Below, piece by piece: positions 26,109 to 34,266 of a stretch of 36,872 bases of DNA. Both the position numbers and the translations under genes were made by a program. Source of the DNA: Bacillota bacterium (GTDB lineage: Bacteria > Bacillota > Bacilli > Alicyclobacillales > SLC66); assembly GCA_021821025.1 (NCBI GenBank), contig JAKACY010000002.1:1-36872 (forward strand), given 5' to 3'. The notes beneath the pieces were generated by a model. It ran no database searches, was not told the origin of the DNA, and saw only the letters and a program-made list of their open reading frames with translations. The first letter of the stretch is position 1. Every line of letters starts with the position of its first letter.

Positions 26109-26235
26109 GAATCTGCAAAATTGAGCAATTCGTTCATATTGCGCTATTTGTCGCTGAGCTGCGTCGGTGTTCCAAGAGGAACAGTCGTGGACTCGGCGAC
26201 GTTCGCGTTTCCAGCGATTTGCCCCGGGTGTGAAT

Positions 26236-26476
26236 ATGATCCGTCAAGGGAGATTGTTCACCGAGTCAGACCTTGAAATGATTCGGAGGGTTATTGCCAG
26301 GTGCTCAGGCACGTTATATCGTTAAGCATGAAGATATGCTCTTGGCCGTGATCGGTTTTGGTGCTGCCGCTTGGAAAGTAGCTGCTCGCGACTCCTTTAT
26401 CGGTTGGAAGGCAGCTCAGCGCGCCGAAGAGGAAGGACAGCCATTGAACTCACAAAAAGCGACCTCTAGCAGATAA
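26236..26476 (+). pseudogene. Internally deleted remnant of a DUF4338-family (DruA-like) gene
   Basis: ATG 26236 reads MIRQGRLFTESDLEMIRRVIA, an N-terminal-like segment. After a frame change it reads ARYIVKHEDMLLAVIGFGAAAWKVAARDSFIGW, which matches the remembered DUF4338 core (RYL....L..LgFsaAAWk.a.RD.fIGW). The downstream NNsRFLILPWV block is absent. Confidence 0.4.
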
Positions 26477-26540
26477 GGAGAGTTCCCGCTGGATTGATAT
26501 GACCGCAGACGGCCTGGTCCGGCGAAGATGCTCGCATGCA

Positions 26541-27566
26541 TCAGTTCTCGTTTGGTTGCCTAAGCAGAACTGACTGTCTAAGGGCTAAACTGTACGGTAG
26601 AGCTAATTTGAACGGCGCCTGAATCAAGTTGCCGTTAATTCGATTTAGCAGAACTTCGATCGCTTTTGTTCCAAATTGTCGTACTGGCAGTTCGGCTGAG
26701 GTTAAAAACTTATCCATGGAAGGATAGGGATTTGAGTCTCCAAAGCATGCGACGGACAGGTCATGTGGCACGCTGATATTCTTTCGAAGTAGAATTTGTA
26801 AAACTTGCGACGCCTCGAATTGGCTCCCAGCAATAATTGCGGTGGGTCTGGGATTGCACTGTAAAATGGAGTCAAGCACTTGCTGCAGTGCCCCTTCGTG
26901 TGGAAAACTAGGGAAATGGAAGACATCGCCCTCAGAAGGATTCAATCCAGCTTCCTTAAAGGCCTTTTGATAACCTGTTAACAATTCTCGCCATGGGGAA
27001 ATCGAGTATTTACCAACCATAAAGGCGATCCGTTTGTGCCCCATCTCCAGCAGATATTTGACAAGCTGCGCTGCACCTTCTTCATGCATCCCCTTGACGA
27101 TATCCGCCTCTATGCCGTAAACAGGCCGATCAATGAGCACAAATGGTATTCCGAAGGATTGTAACTTGTGTAAATTGCTGAGTGACTCATCACCTGATGC
27201 CATAATTGCAATGCCTTCGACCCGAATGGAATAGGACATTTCGATGTAATCGTATTCTTTTTCCGGATTTTCATCCGTGTTACATAAAATGATGCGGTAT
27301 CCTCTCTCGTTGGCTGCATCTTCCGCGCCTCGTACGACTGCCGTGAAAAATGGATTTCGAATATCCGGGACGATCACAGCCAAGGTTCGACTTTCTCCTC
27401 GATATAGGGCGTTGGTTAGTTGATTGGGTACATAGTTAAGATCGCGCATGGCCTGAAGGACGTGCTGCCGGGTGCTTTCTTTCACGAGCGGGCTGTGATT
27501 CAATACGCGTGACACGGTCATCACGGATACTTTGGCATGTTTCGCTACGTCTTGTATGTTGGGCAT
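26541..27566 (-). CDS. LacI family transcriptional regulator (LacI #2)
   Basis: The start is taken at ATG 27566 (RBS GAGGAG 7 nt upstream), giving MPNIQDVAKHAKVSVMTVSRVLN, the canonical HTH position. The longer ORF reaching 27674 adds a non-homologous extension. Confidence 0.9.
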   Translation of the reverse strand: MPNIQDVAKHAKVSVMTVSRVLNHSPLVKESTRQHVLQAMRDLNYVPNQLTNALYRGESRTLAVIVPDIRNPFFTAVVRGAEDAANERGYRIILCNTDENPEKEYDYIEMSYSIRVEGIAIMASGDESLSNLHKLQSFGIPFVLIDRPVYGIEADIVKGMHEEGAAQLVKYLLEMGHKRIAFMVGKYSISPWRELLTGYQKAFKEAGLNPSEGDVFHFPSFPHEGALQQVLDSILQCNPRPTAIIAGSQFEASQVLQILLRKNISVPHDLSVACFGDSNPYPSMDKFLTSAELPVRQFGTKAIEVLLNRINGNLIQAPFKLALPYSLALRQSVLLRQPNEN

Positions 27567-27616
27567 GTAGACACTCCTCGCTGTCGCCATTGTATCATTG
27601 ATGAAATCAAAAATAT

Positions 27617-27660
27617 GTACAATATTTGTACTTGACAGAATGTTATATATAAACAATAAT
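27617..27660 (+). promoter_or_regulatory. Inverted repeat GTACAA-TAT-TTGTAC abutting a candidate promoter TTGACA-17-AATAAT for the TIM-barrel gene
   Basis: The repeat is at 27617-27631, TTGACA at 27632-27637 and AATAAT at 27655-27660. It lies in the divergent LacI #2 / 27739 intergenic region. An extended -10 box (TGaTACAAT) for LacI #2 sits on the minus strand at 27589-27597. Confidence 0.3.
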
Positions 27661-27738
27661 AGCTTCGAAGACAATTGTCTAGGCTAATCAGTTCAGTTTT
27701 GAGCATGGGGTTTAAAACTTTCCCGTCGAGGTGATGGT

Positions 27739-28512
27739 GTGGCAGCGTTTTCAATTGGTTCTTGGTCGTTTCACGAGCTGTTTGAAGCAGGGAAGATGAA
27801 CCTGTTTGGTTATTTGGAGAGTCTCAAGTATCGATATCATTTACGAGACGCTGATATATGGTCAGAGATGATCCTGTCTGTTGAGGATGACTATATTCAA
27901 CTCTTGAAACACACGTTGGAAGAAGAGGATATTTCTCTGGCGTGTCTTGCATCTGACGGAACGGGTATCTGGCATCGTGACCCAGAGATTCGTGAGCAAC
28001 ACCATCAATTGGCCCTTCGTTACCTTGATATTGCAACGACACTTGGCGCCCATATGCTGCGAATCGATCCAGGGTCGACGGGTGCTGAATTGACAGAAGA
28101 AGAGTTTGATTTTGTGGTCAATCGTTATCGAGAGTATGCGCACATTGCCAGAGAAAGAGGCTTTTACGTAGGACCGCAGACGCATCAACCTGCAGTTCAG
28201 GTTCCAACAAACGTAAAGCGATTATATGATGCCATTTCATCTGATGCATTTGGAATCGTCCTCGATGTGGACCGTTGGTTAGTTGACGAAAGCGTGGGAG
28301 ATGAGATGTGCGCCCCGTATGCCCGCCATGTTCACTTTGATAGCAGCAGAACGAAGTCGTCTAATGAACTGGAGGGCAAGGTGGCGATTTTGCAAAAAGC
28401 AGGCTATAGCGGCTGTTGGGCATTGGAATACAGGCTTGGCAGCAGCGAGTATCTGGGCGTTGCGGTGGATTTGGCTGAACTAAAAAGAGCAGTCTGGAAC
28501 TCTGCTAGATAG
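27739..28512 (+). CDS. Sugar phosphate isomerase/epimerase (xylose-isomerase-like TIM barrel, AP_endonuc_2 family)
   Basis: 257 aa with a GTG start. The pattern LGAHMLRIDPG ... GPQTHQ ... LDVDRW ... HVHFD ... GYSGCWALEY is typical of this family. Confidence 0.75.
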   Translation: MAAFSIGSWSFHELFEAGKMNLFGYLESLKYRYHLRDADIWSEMILSVEDDYIQLLKHTLEEEDISLACLASDGTGIWHRDPEIREQHHQLALRYLDIATTLGAHMLRIDPGSTGAELTEEEFDFVVNRYREYAHIARERGFYVGPQTHQPAVQVPTNVKRLYDAISSDAFGIVLDVDRWLVDESVGDEMCAPYARHVHFDSSRTKSSNELEGKVAILQKAGYSGCWALEYRLGSSEYLGVAVDLAELKRAVWNSAR

Positions 28513-28569
28513 TTCCGTAACGCTTGATCATCAATATTCATGGAGAGGAAATGCCGATGTAGGTTGCCA

Positions 28570-28647
28570 ATGATTCGTCGACTTGGTCACGTTGCGCTGA
28601 CGGTGGGGGACATGGAAAAATCCCTGGATTTTTATTATACAAGATGA
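28570..28647 (+). pseudogene. N-terminal 25-codon stub of a glyoxalase/VOC-family gene
   Basis: MIRRLGHVALTVGDMEKSLDFYYTR* matches the first beta-alpha-beta unit of VOC proteins (HV.L.V.D.e.S..FY), then stops. Confidence 0.4.
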
Positions 28648-28692
28648 AGGATAAGTTTGAAGGCAGTCTGTTTGGTTCCTGGAATCCCGTAG

Positions 28693-28824
28693 CTTTTTAA
28701 GTATCTAAAGATCGGATACGCATCTGCAATAGGATGGATTCTGCTCGTCATTGCTTTGATCGGTACGATTGGCCTGTTGCTGTTAACAGGCCAAATTGGT
28801 AGTCGCACTCACGATTTAGGTTAG
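28693..28824 (+). pseudogene. C-terminal stub of a sugar ABC permease
   Basis: LFKYLKIGYASAIGWILLVIALIGTIGLLLLTGQIGSRTHDLG* resembles the last TM helix and tail of MalF/LplB-type permeases (GYASA....L.vi....t). There is no upstream coding continuity. Confidence 0.35.
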
Positions 28825-28936
28825 CGACTTATTGATTTATTTGTCGATATGGGTTTTGGGGTGCTCTTTTCGGCTAAAGATAGGTTCTTGATCAACTCAT
28901 CTTAGCCTTACGGAAAGCACCTTCAGTAATTATCGG

Positions 28937-29064
28937 AAGTGGCGATCTAGCAAAAAACAGCTTACAGCGGCTGTTGGGCCCTAGAATACAGACTCGGTGG
29001 CAGTGAAGAGCTGGGCGAAGCGGTGGACTTGGCTGAACGAAACGGAGCAGTATGTCTGCGATAG
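28937..29064 (+). pseudogene. 3'-terminal remnant of a second TIM-barrel isomerase gene (paralog of 27739..28512)
   Basis: 28951..29064 reads QKTAYSGCWALEYRLGGSEELGEAVDLAERNGAVCLR*. The intact gene reads LQKAGYSGCWALEYRLGSSEYLGVAVDLAELKRAV. Nucleotide similarity to 28395..28510 is visible by eye. Confidence 0.65.
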
Positions 29065-29909
29065 GCTGCGGGAGTTGAATTCGTGTGTTTGACAAACGTT
29101 CGATGAAAATGGGGGAGGCTAGAAAATCCGCACAATTCCGCAATGACCGCAATATTGTCCTCTGTGTTGCATAAAAGCTCACGCGCCAGGATGATTCTCT
29201 TGACGGTGATGTAGTCGACGAAGCTCATACCTGTCATCTGCCGAAATACGCGGCTAAAGTGCGAGGAACTGACGTTGACTTGATTTGAGAGTTCATGTAG
29301 GGAAATGGGATTTACAAAATTTTCCTCGATATAATGTAGCGCCTTATTCAACCACCTAGGTCCGAGTGAATCCATATTCGCCGAATGATCGGAGAACTGG
29401 AAAACCTCCCTATAGAGCTGCAGGAGCATCATTCGCAATTCTAGCACGACCGCACTGCGGTACCCGAACTGTTGCCGGTTCATCTCATCGAAGAGGATAT
29501 CGATTTTAGTCTGCACCACTGTTTGATGACTTGGTGCCAGTGGGAAGCGATAGATTTTATTTTTGGCGGTTTCTTCCATCACGCGGTGATAAGAAAATGG
29601 ATCACCGAGTGTTTCTGATAGAATGATCGGTGGTCGAAAGAATATGGCGGTGGATGTAACTGGTTGTGCGCTGTCCGGTATCGCTCTGTGAATCGTGTTA
29701 GCTGGAATCACAAATAGATCGCCAGCTGACATGGTATAAACGGTGTTGTCGATAAAGAATATTCCATTGCCGCCGTACACATAAACGATTTCATGCCAGT
29801 CGTGGAAATGATCCGGTAGTTCGTGATCCGGGATCTTCGTATCACGATAGACGAGTGTAAAGGGAAACAGTGTGCTATGCATCTGCATGTCCTTACGAAG
29901 CGGATTCAA
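28962..29909 (-). CDS. AraC family transcriptional regulator (cupin sensor plus HTH)
   Basis: N-terminal cupin motif HDWHEIVYVYGGNGIFFIDN...GDLFVIPANTIH. C-terminal HTH_18 (ISLHELSNQVNVSSSHFSRVFRQMTG ... GFSSLPHFHRTFVKHTNSTPAAYRR). The last 29 or so codons are non-homologous and antisense to the remnant at 28937..29064. Confidence 0.85.
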   Translation of the reverse strand: MNPLRKDMQMHSTLFPFTLVYRDTKIPDHELPDHFHDWHEIVYVYGGNGIFFIDNTVYTMSAGDLFVIPANTIHRAIPDSAQPVTSTAIFFRPPIILSETLGDPFSYHRVMEETAKNKIYRFPLAPSHQTVVQTKIDILFDEMNRQQFGYRSAVVLELRMMLLQLYREVFQFSDHSANMDSLGPRWLNKALHYIEENFVNPISLHELSNQVNVSSSHFSRVFRQMTGMSFVDYITVKRIILARELLCNTEDNIAVIAELCGFSSLPHFHRTFVKHTNSTPAAYRRHTAPFRSAKSTASPSSSLPPSLYSRAQQPL

Positions 29910-30091
29910 GGCTCAATTCCTCCTCGTCAATCTTGGTCTCAGTATATATCAAAATGAGGTACATATATGCGCAATTTTGACATTTTCATATAGAAACGAT
30001 GCATTATGATGAAAGTACAGGGCGAGCTGGCAATGAGGTGGACCCTTGGTTCTTGAGGACGGGGCGGGTTGGAGTTGAAGGGAGTCCAGTT

Positions 30092-31120
30092 ATGAAGGCG
30101 ATTTCTTGTATAAAACCATTTGAATTTCAGTTGGTGGATATCGAAAAACCTGCGAAGCGCGCTGGGGAAGCACTGATTCACGTAAGGCGAGTAGGGGTGT
30201 GTGGCACAGATATTCATGCGTTTCATGGTAACCAACCGTATTTTACCTATCCGCGGATACTGGGGCATGAGATCGCGGGCGTGATCGAGGAACTTGATGA
30301 TGGTGTGGATGGATTTTTCGTGGGTGATCAGGTCGCAGTCGTTCCGTACATGCACTGCGGCAAATGCATCGCCTGTCGCAACGGCAAGCCGAACTGCTGT
30401 ACAGATATGCGAGTTCTCGGCGTGCATATCGATGGGGCCATGGCAGAGTGGATCAGCGTTCCGGTTACGCACCTGGTTAAAACGAACGATCTGACTCTGG
30501 ACCAGTCGGCAATCATTGAGCCTTTGAGTATCGGTGCGCATGCGGTACGCCGCTCCGGCATTACGAAAAATGATTCGGTTCTAGTGATCGGTGGGGGTCC
30601 CATAGGGCTTGGAGTGATGGCTTTTGCTAAACGCAAAGGGGCCAATGTGGTCGCGATGGATACGAATGTAGAACGCTTAGAGTTTTGTCGAACTTGGGCA
30701 CACATCAATGCGAGTGTAAGCGCTTTTGACCAACCGATGGAGGCAATTACAGCGCAAATCACCGCGAACTTCGGAGGTGAATATCCCACTGCCGTGTTTG
30801 ATGCGACAGGCAGTGTGGGATCGATGAACTCAGCGCTGCAGTACGTGGCTCATGGCGGCAAACTGATTTTTGTTGGGCTGGTGAAAGAAAACGTCACATT
30901 CCCGGATCCTGAATTTCACAAGCGTGAAACGACTTTGCTAAGTAGCCGCAACGCCACACGGGAGGATTTTCAAGAGGTTCATAAGGCGATGGTAGAGGGA
31001 TTTATCGATGATACGAAATACATCACTAACCGCATCGCATTTGCTGATCTCGCAGATGAATTTGAGCGGATCACAAGCCCTGAGGCGAAAGCGATCAAGG
31101 TGATCGTGGACCTTATTTAG
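30092..31120 (+). CDS. Zn-dependent medium-chain dehydrogenase, L-galactonate 5-dehydrogenase (LgoD/YjjN)-like
   Basis: ATG 30092 lies 7 nt after GAAGGGAG. Motifs: VGVCGTDIHAFHGNQPYFTYPRILGHE, a structural-Zn Cys cluster (HCGKCIACRNGKPNCC), GGGPIGLG and FPDPEFHKRETTLLSSRNAT. It is close to my recollection of E. coli LgoD. The specific substrate is inferred. Confidence 0.85.
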   Translation: MKAISCIKPFEFQLVDIEKPAKRAGEALIHVRRVGVCGTDIHAFHGNQPYFTYPRILGHEIAGVIEELDDGVDGFFVGDQVAVVPYMHCGKCIACRNGKPNCCTDMRVLGVHIDGAMAEWISVPVTHLVKTNDLTLDQSAIIEPLSIGAHAVRRSGITKNDSVLVIGGGPIGLGVMAFAKRKGANVVAMDTNVERLEFCRTWAHINASVSAFDQPMEAITAQITANFGGEYPTAVFDATGSVGSMNSALQYVAHGGKLIFVGLVKENVTFPDPEFHKRETTLLSSRNATREDFQEVHKAMVEGFIDDTKYITNRIAFADLADEFERITSPEAKAIKVIVDLI

Positions 31121-31200
31121 CAGTGTACATCCAGAAAATGTGGAGATCAGGAACCGTTACAAGAAGTTTTGTCTATTCTTCGCCGTATTCGTGATGTCAC

Positions 31201-33225
31201 ATGCTCGAGCTGATTGCCGACTTATCGATATTGGGGGTAGATTTAGTGGATCAAGTATTGGAGTTTCCGAAACGAACTATTCATTTAGACTTTCATACGG
31301 GGCCATGGGTACCTGATGTCGGTAAGGACTTCGATCCGGAGCGGTTTGCCGCCACGTTTAAGAAAGCGCACGTGGATAGCGTGACGGTCTTTGCTATGTG
31401 TCACCATGGGCACTTGTATTACGACACTGAGCATTCGGCGCGTCATCCGAGCCTTCCTCAGGGGCTTGATCTGTTGGGAGAGCAGATTACAGCGCTTCAC
31501 AACGTTGGTATCCGGGCGCCGATTTATATCAGTGTGCAGTGCAACGAATATGCGGCCAATACGCACCCGGAGTGGCTCGCTCTCACCCCTGATCTTCAGC
31601 AGGTCAAGTGGGGCAAGTCCGCCTTTCGGCCCGGATGGCAAATCCTAGACATGTCCAGCCCTTATCAGGATTATGTGGCAGATATTTTGGCTGATGTATT
31701 GGATCGATTTGCGCCAGTGGATGGGATTTTTATGGATATGTGCTGGGATCAGCCTAGTTCCTCCAAATGGGCGATCGCAGCGATGTTGGAACGCGGCTAT
31801 GATCCCGCCAATGAATTAGATCGTTCAAAGTATGCGCGAGAATTGGTCCACCAATATATGAAACGTTACCGCGATATGGTAGAGCAAGCCCAGAGGCAGT
31901 TTAAACCTGCGGGAGTTTGGTTTAACAGTAGACCAAAGACTAATTTGAATGAAGAGAAAAAGTTTCTTCGCCACGTGGAAATTGAGGCCCTTCCCACGGG
32001 GGGATGGGGATATGCGTATTTTCCTTACGTGGCGCGTTTTGTTAGGCCGCTGGGTTTGCCTACTTTGAGCCATACTGGACGTTTCTTCAAGAGTTGGGGC
32101 GACAATACTTCGTTAAAACCGAAGATGGCTCTTAAATATGAGTGTTGCCAGATTTTAAGTCAAGGTATGACGAGTGGCGTTGGCGATCTGCTTCATCCTC
32201 GCGGTGTCCCGAATCAAGCAGTGTATGATTTGATCGGAGAGGTTTACGAATATATTGAGGCCTGCGAACCGTACGTAGAGGGAGGGAAGCTACTCAGTCA
32301 AATCGCTGTGATTACCGATCCCAAATTAGGAGATAACCCTGGGCCATCTGGTGTTGGCACTGTTCGGGCATTGCAACAATTACGCCATCAATTTGACATC
32401 TTATCATCTAAATCGGAACTCACTCCTTATGAACTGGTTATCATTCCTGAAACTACGCATGTCGATGAAAACCTCAAAGAAAAACTTGAAATCTATTTGC
32501 AAGGTGGAGGGTCTTTGATCGTTTGTGGCCCGGCCGCACTGGATGATCATGGTCAACCTATCATGCCTGAGTTGGGTGTTGAAGCTCATGGGCAGAGCCC
32601 GTTTACTCATACATTTTTGCATGCTGCCCAGCAGGTCTCTGAAGGTCTTGAAGATTACGGATATGTGATGTATGAACCTGGGTTCCGTATGACTGCGTTA
32701 CCAGAGGCTGAAACGCTTGTGCTTGTGGGCGAGCCTTATTTTGAACGGGCATTCAATCATTTTTCGGGTCATGACTACACACCAGAAGATCAGTTGACCT
32801 CGTACGCTGCGGCTGTGAAGAATGGCAAGGTGATCACATTTTCTGTGCCTATTCTTGAAGCGTATGGCAAGCATGCGGCCCCAAATTATCGCACGCTTTT
32901 CGGCAATTGCATCAAGCTTTTAATGTCTGAACCGATCATTAAAGATGAGGGACCAAGCAAATTAGAGACTACGGTCGTGCGAAAGGGAACCACCACGGTA
33001 GTTCATCTACTCAGCTTTTGTCCGGAGAGGCGCGCCGCCGACCTCGATATTGTGGAAGATCCATTTCCTATCGTCGACATGCCCATCGCTGTCAAAGTGA
33101 ACCGTCAACCCCGTCGGGTTTTCTTGGCGCCCGTAGAAAGGGAACTGCCTTTTGCGTACAAGGATGGCTATGTTCATACAACAGTTACTGTGTTAGATGG
33201 CCACGCGATGTTAGTCATCGAGTAG
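31201..33225 (+). CDS. Uncharacterised putative glycoside hydrolase (GHL6-like N-terminal TIM barrel plus GH42-type trimerisation-like middle domain)
   Basis: 674-aa ORF. GTG 31246 has the better RBS (GGGGG, 8-nt spacing). IHLDFHTGPWVPDVGKDFDPERFAATFKKAHVDSVTVFAMCHHGHLYYDT matches the remembered GHL6 (PF14871) signature. No signal peptide. Confidence 0.7.
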   Translation: MLELIADLSILGVDLVDQVLEFPKRTIHLDFHTGPWVPDVGKDFDPERFAATFKKAHVDSVTVFAMCHHGHLYYDTEHSARHPSLPQGLDLLGEQITALHNVGIRAPIYISVQCNEYAANTHPEWLALTPDLQQVKWGKSAFRPGWQILDMSSPYQDYVADILADVLDRFAPVDGIFMDMCWDQPSSSKWAIAAMLERGYDPANELDRSKYARELVHQYMKRYRDMVEQAQRQFKPAGVWFNSRPKTNLNEEKKFLRHVEIEALPTGGWGYAYFPYVARFVRPLGLPTLSHTGRFFKSWGDNTSLKPKMALKYECCQILSQGMTSGVGDLLHPRGVPNQAVYDLIGEVYEYIEACEPYVEGGKLLSQIAVITDPKLGDNPGPSGVGTVRALQQLRHQFDILSSKSELTPYELVIIPETTHVDENLKEKLEIYLQGGGSLIVCGPAALDDHGQPIMPELGVEAHGQSPFTHTFLHAAQQVSEGLEDYGYVMYEPGFRMTALPEAETLVLVGEPYFERAFNHFSGHDYTPEDQLTSYAAAVKNGKVITFSVPILEAYGKHAAPNYRTLFGNCIKLLMSEPIIKDEGPSKLETTVVRKGTTTVVHLLSFCPERRAADLDIVEDPFPIVDMPIAVKVNRQPRRVFLAPVERELPFAYKDGYVHTTVTVLDGHAMLVIE

Positions 33226-33334
33226 GCTTGTACGGAGGACTCGTCATATTGGATCGATTCTCAAGAGACGCTGTGACTTTGTTGTTGTGCACTTTGCAGG
33301 CGAAGATGATGACTTCTATCGAGGAATGATCCTT

Positions 33335-34045
33335 ATGTCGTCGTTTCATGTAGCATCCAGGGGGACGAAGATTAGGCATTGGACGCTGTGGATCATTAGT
33401 GGGGCTTCGTCCCTTTTGATAGCGGGTGCTGTCTGGTTTTATGTTCATATCCAACCAAGCGTGCAGTCAGATCGTTCGGGCCCTTATTTTTCGCAAAGTC
33501 CAATCCCCTTAAAGCAAGGAACTCAGGTGGGGCTATTATTTGCCCCGTACGGTGATCAACCATCAGGAGGTCAGGGGATGCCCGTTGACGCAATAGCGGC
33601 TGATCGAACGGATCAGGACGCGTATCATACGCATGTGCATCTAAGCCTGTACGTGAACGGGAAACAGGCGGCGGTTCCGGCTGGTATTGGTATTGTTCCT
33701 CCCTGGATAGGTTCGCCCAACGTATTTATTGATGGTGGACGCGCCATGTACTGGCTTCATACGCATGACAATACAGGCATTATTCACATCGAGTCTCCTG
33801 GAAGACGGAACTTTACCCTCGGAAACTTCTTCGATATCTGGGGAGTTAAATTGTCGCAGAATCAATTTTTGAATATCCGGACTAAAGTCACCACTTTTGT
33901 TAACGGCATCCTGTACAAAGGAGATCCAACCACTATTGAGTTGACGCCTCATAAACAGATTACCCTGGAGCTGGGGGCCCCAATTGTGTTGCCTGAGAAA
34001 TACGCATGGCCGGCCTCCCTGCTGAAAACAGAAACGGTACATTGA
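33335..34045 (+). CDS. Membrane-anchored hypothetical protein with two His-rich motifs
   Basis: The preferred start is ATG 33335 (GAGGA 9 nt upstream); the ORF is open from GTG 33287. It has one N-terminal TM helix (WTLWIISGASSLLIAGAVWFYV), then the motifs YHTHVHLSLYVNGKQ and YWLHTHDNTGIIHIESP. I can assign no function. Confidence 0.6.
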   Translation: MSSFHVASRGTKIRHWTLWIISGASSLLIAGAVWFYVHIQPSVQSDRSGPYFSQSPIPLKQGTQVGLLFAPYGDQPSGGQGMPVDAIAADRTDQDAYHTHVHLSLYVNGKQAAVPAGIGIVPPWIGSPNVFIDGGRAMYWLHTHDNTGIIHIESPGRRNFTLGNFFDIWGVKLSQNQFLNIRTKVTTFVNGILYKGDPTTIELTPHKQITLELGAPIVLPEKYAWPASLLKTETVH

Positions 34046-34068
34046 TACTTTAGTGTTATTTTAGCTGA

Positions 34069-34260
34069 CTTGGCTTTTGTCTCATCGGCCCAGACCGGAT
34101 TATGTACGGCAGCGATTGGCCTGTGTGTCTATTGGCTGCAACATATGATGATGTTTACACAATAGCTAATGAATCGCTTCCACAGAATTTATCACAGGAG
34201 GAAAGGGAACAAATCTTTGGCAAAGCAGCTATCAAATTTTACAAGTTCATACGAGGAGTG
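34069..34260 (+). pseudogene. 3'-terminal remnant of a second COG3618 lactonase gene, in frame with the downstream GH29
   Basis: LIGPDRIMYGSDWPVCLLAATYDDVYTIANESLPQNLSQEEREQIFGKAAIKFY parallels the C-terminus of 14692..15528 (FGPDRVMFGSDWPVCTAVADYETVYQTLQDLLPKDLSHEKWDLIFGGNAARFY). Everything upstream of it is missing. Confidence 0.7.
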
Positions 34261-34266
34261 ATGAGG

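Noticed and set aside
26236-26476. DUF4338 remnant as evidence of an active Druantia-like defence system
   Set aside because: Only two short out-of-frame pieces survive. No helicase (DruE-like) or other partner genes exist in the window.
27567-27674. 36-codon N-terminal extension of the LacI #2 ORF
   Set aside because: LacI-family proteins start directly at the HTH (M..I.DVA). ATG 27566 has a good RBS. The extension would also cover the predicted promoter.
29939-30541. 200-aa minus-strand ORF spanning the AraC-dehydrogenase intergenic region
   Set aside because: It overlaps the well-supported Zn-dehydrogenase gene in antisense and runs through the promoter region. No family features are present.
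34102-34266. ATG 34102 as the true start of a 530-aa GH29
   Set aside because: The first 55 or so codons are homologous to a lactonase C-terminus, not to GH29. No RBS precedes 34102, whereas GAGGAG precedes ATG 34267.
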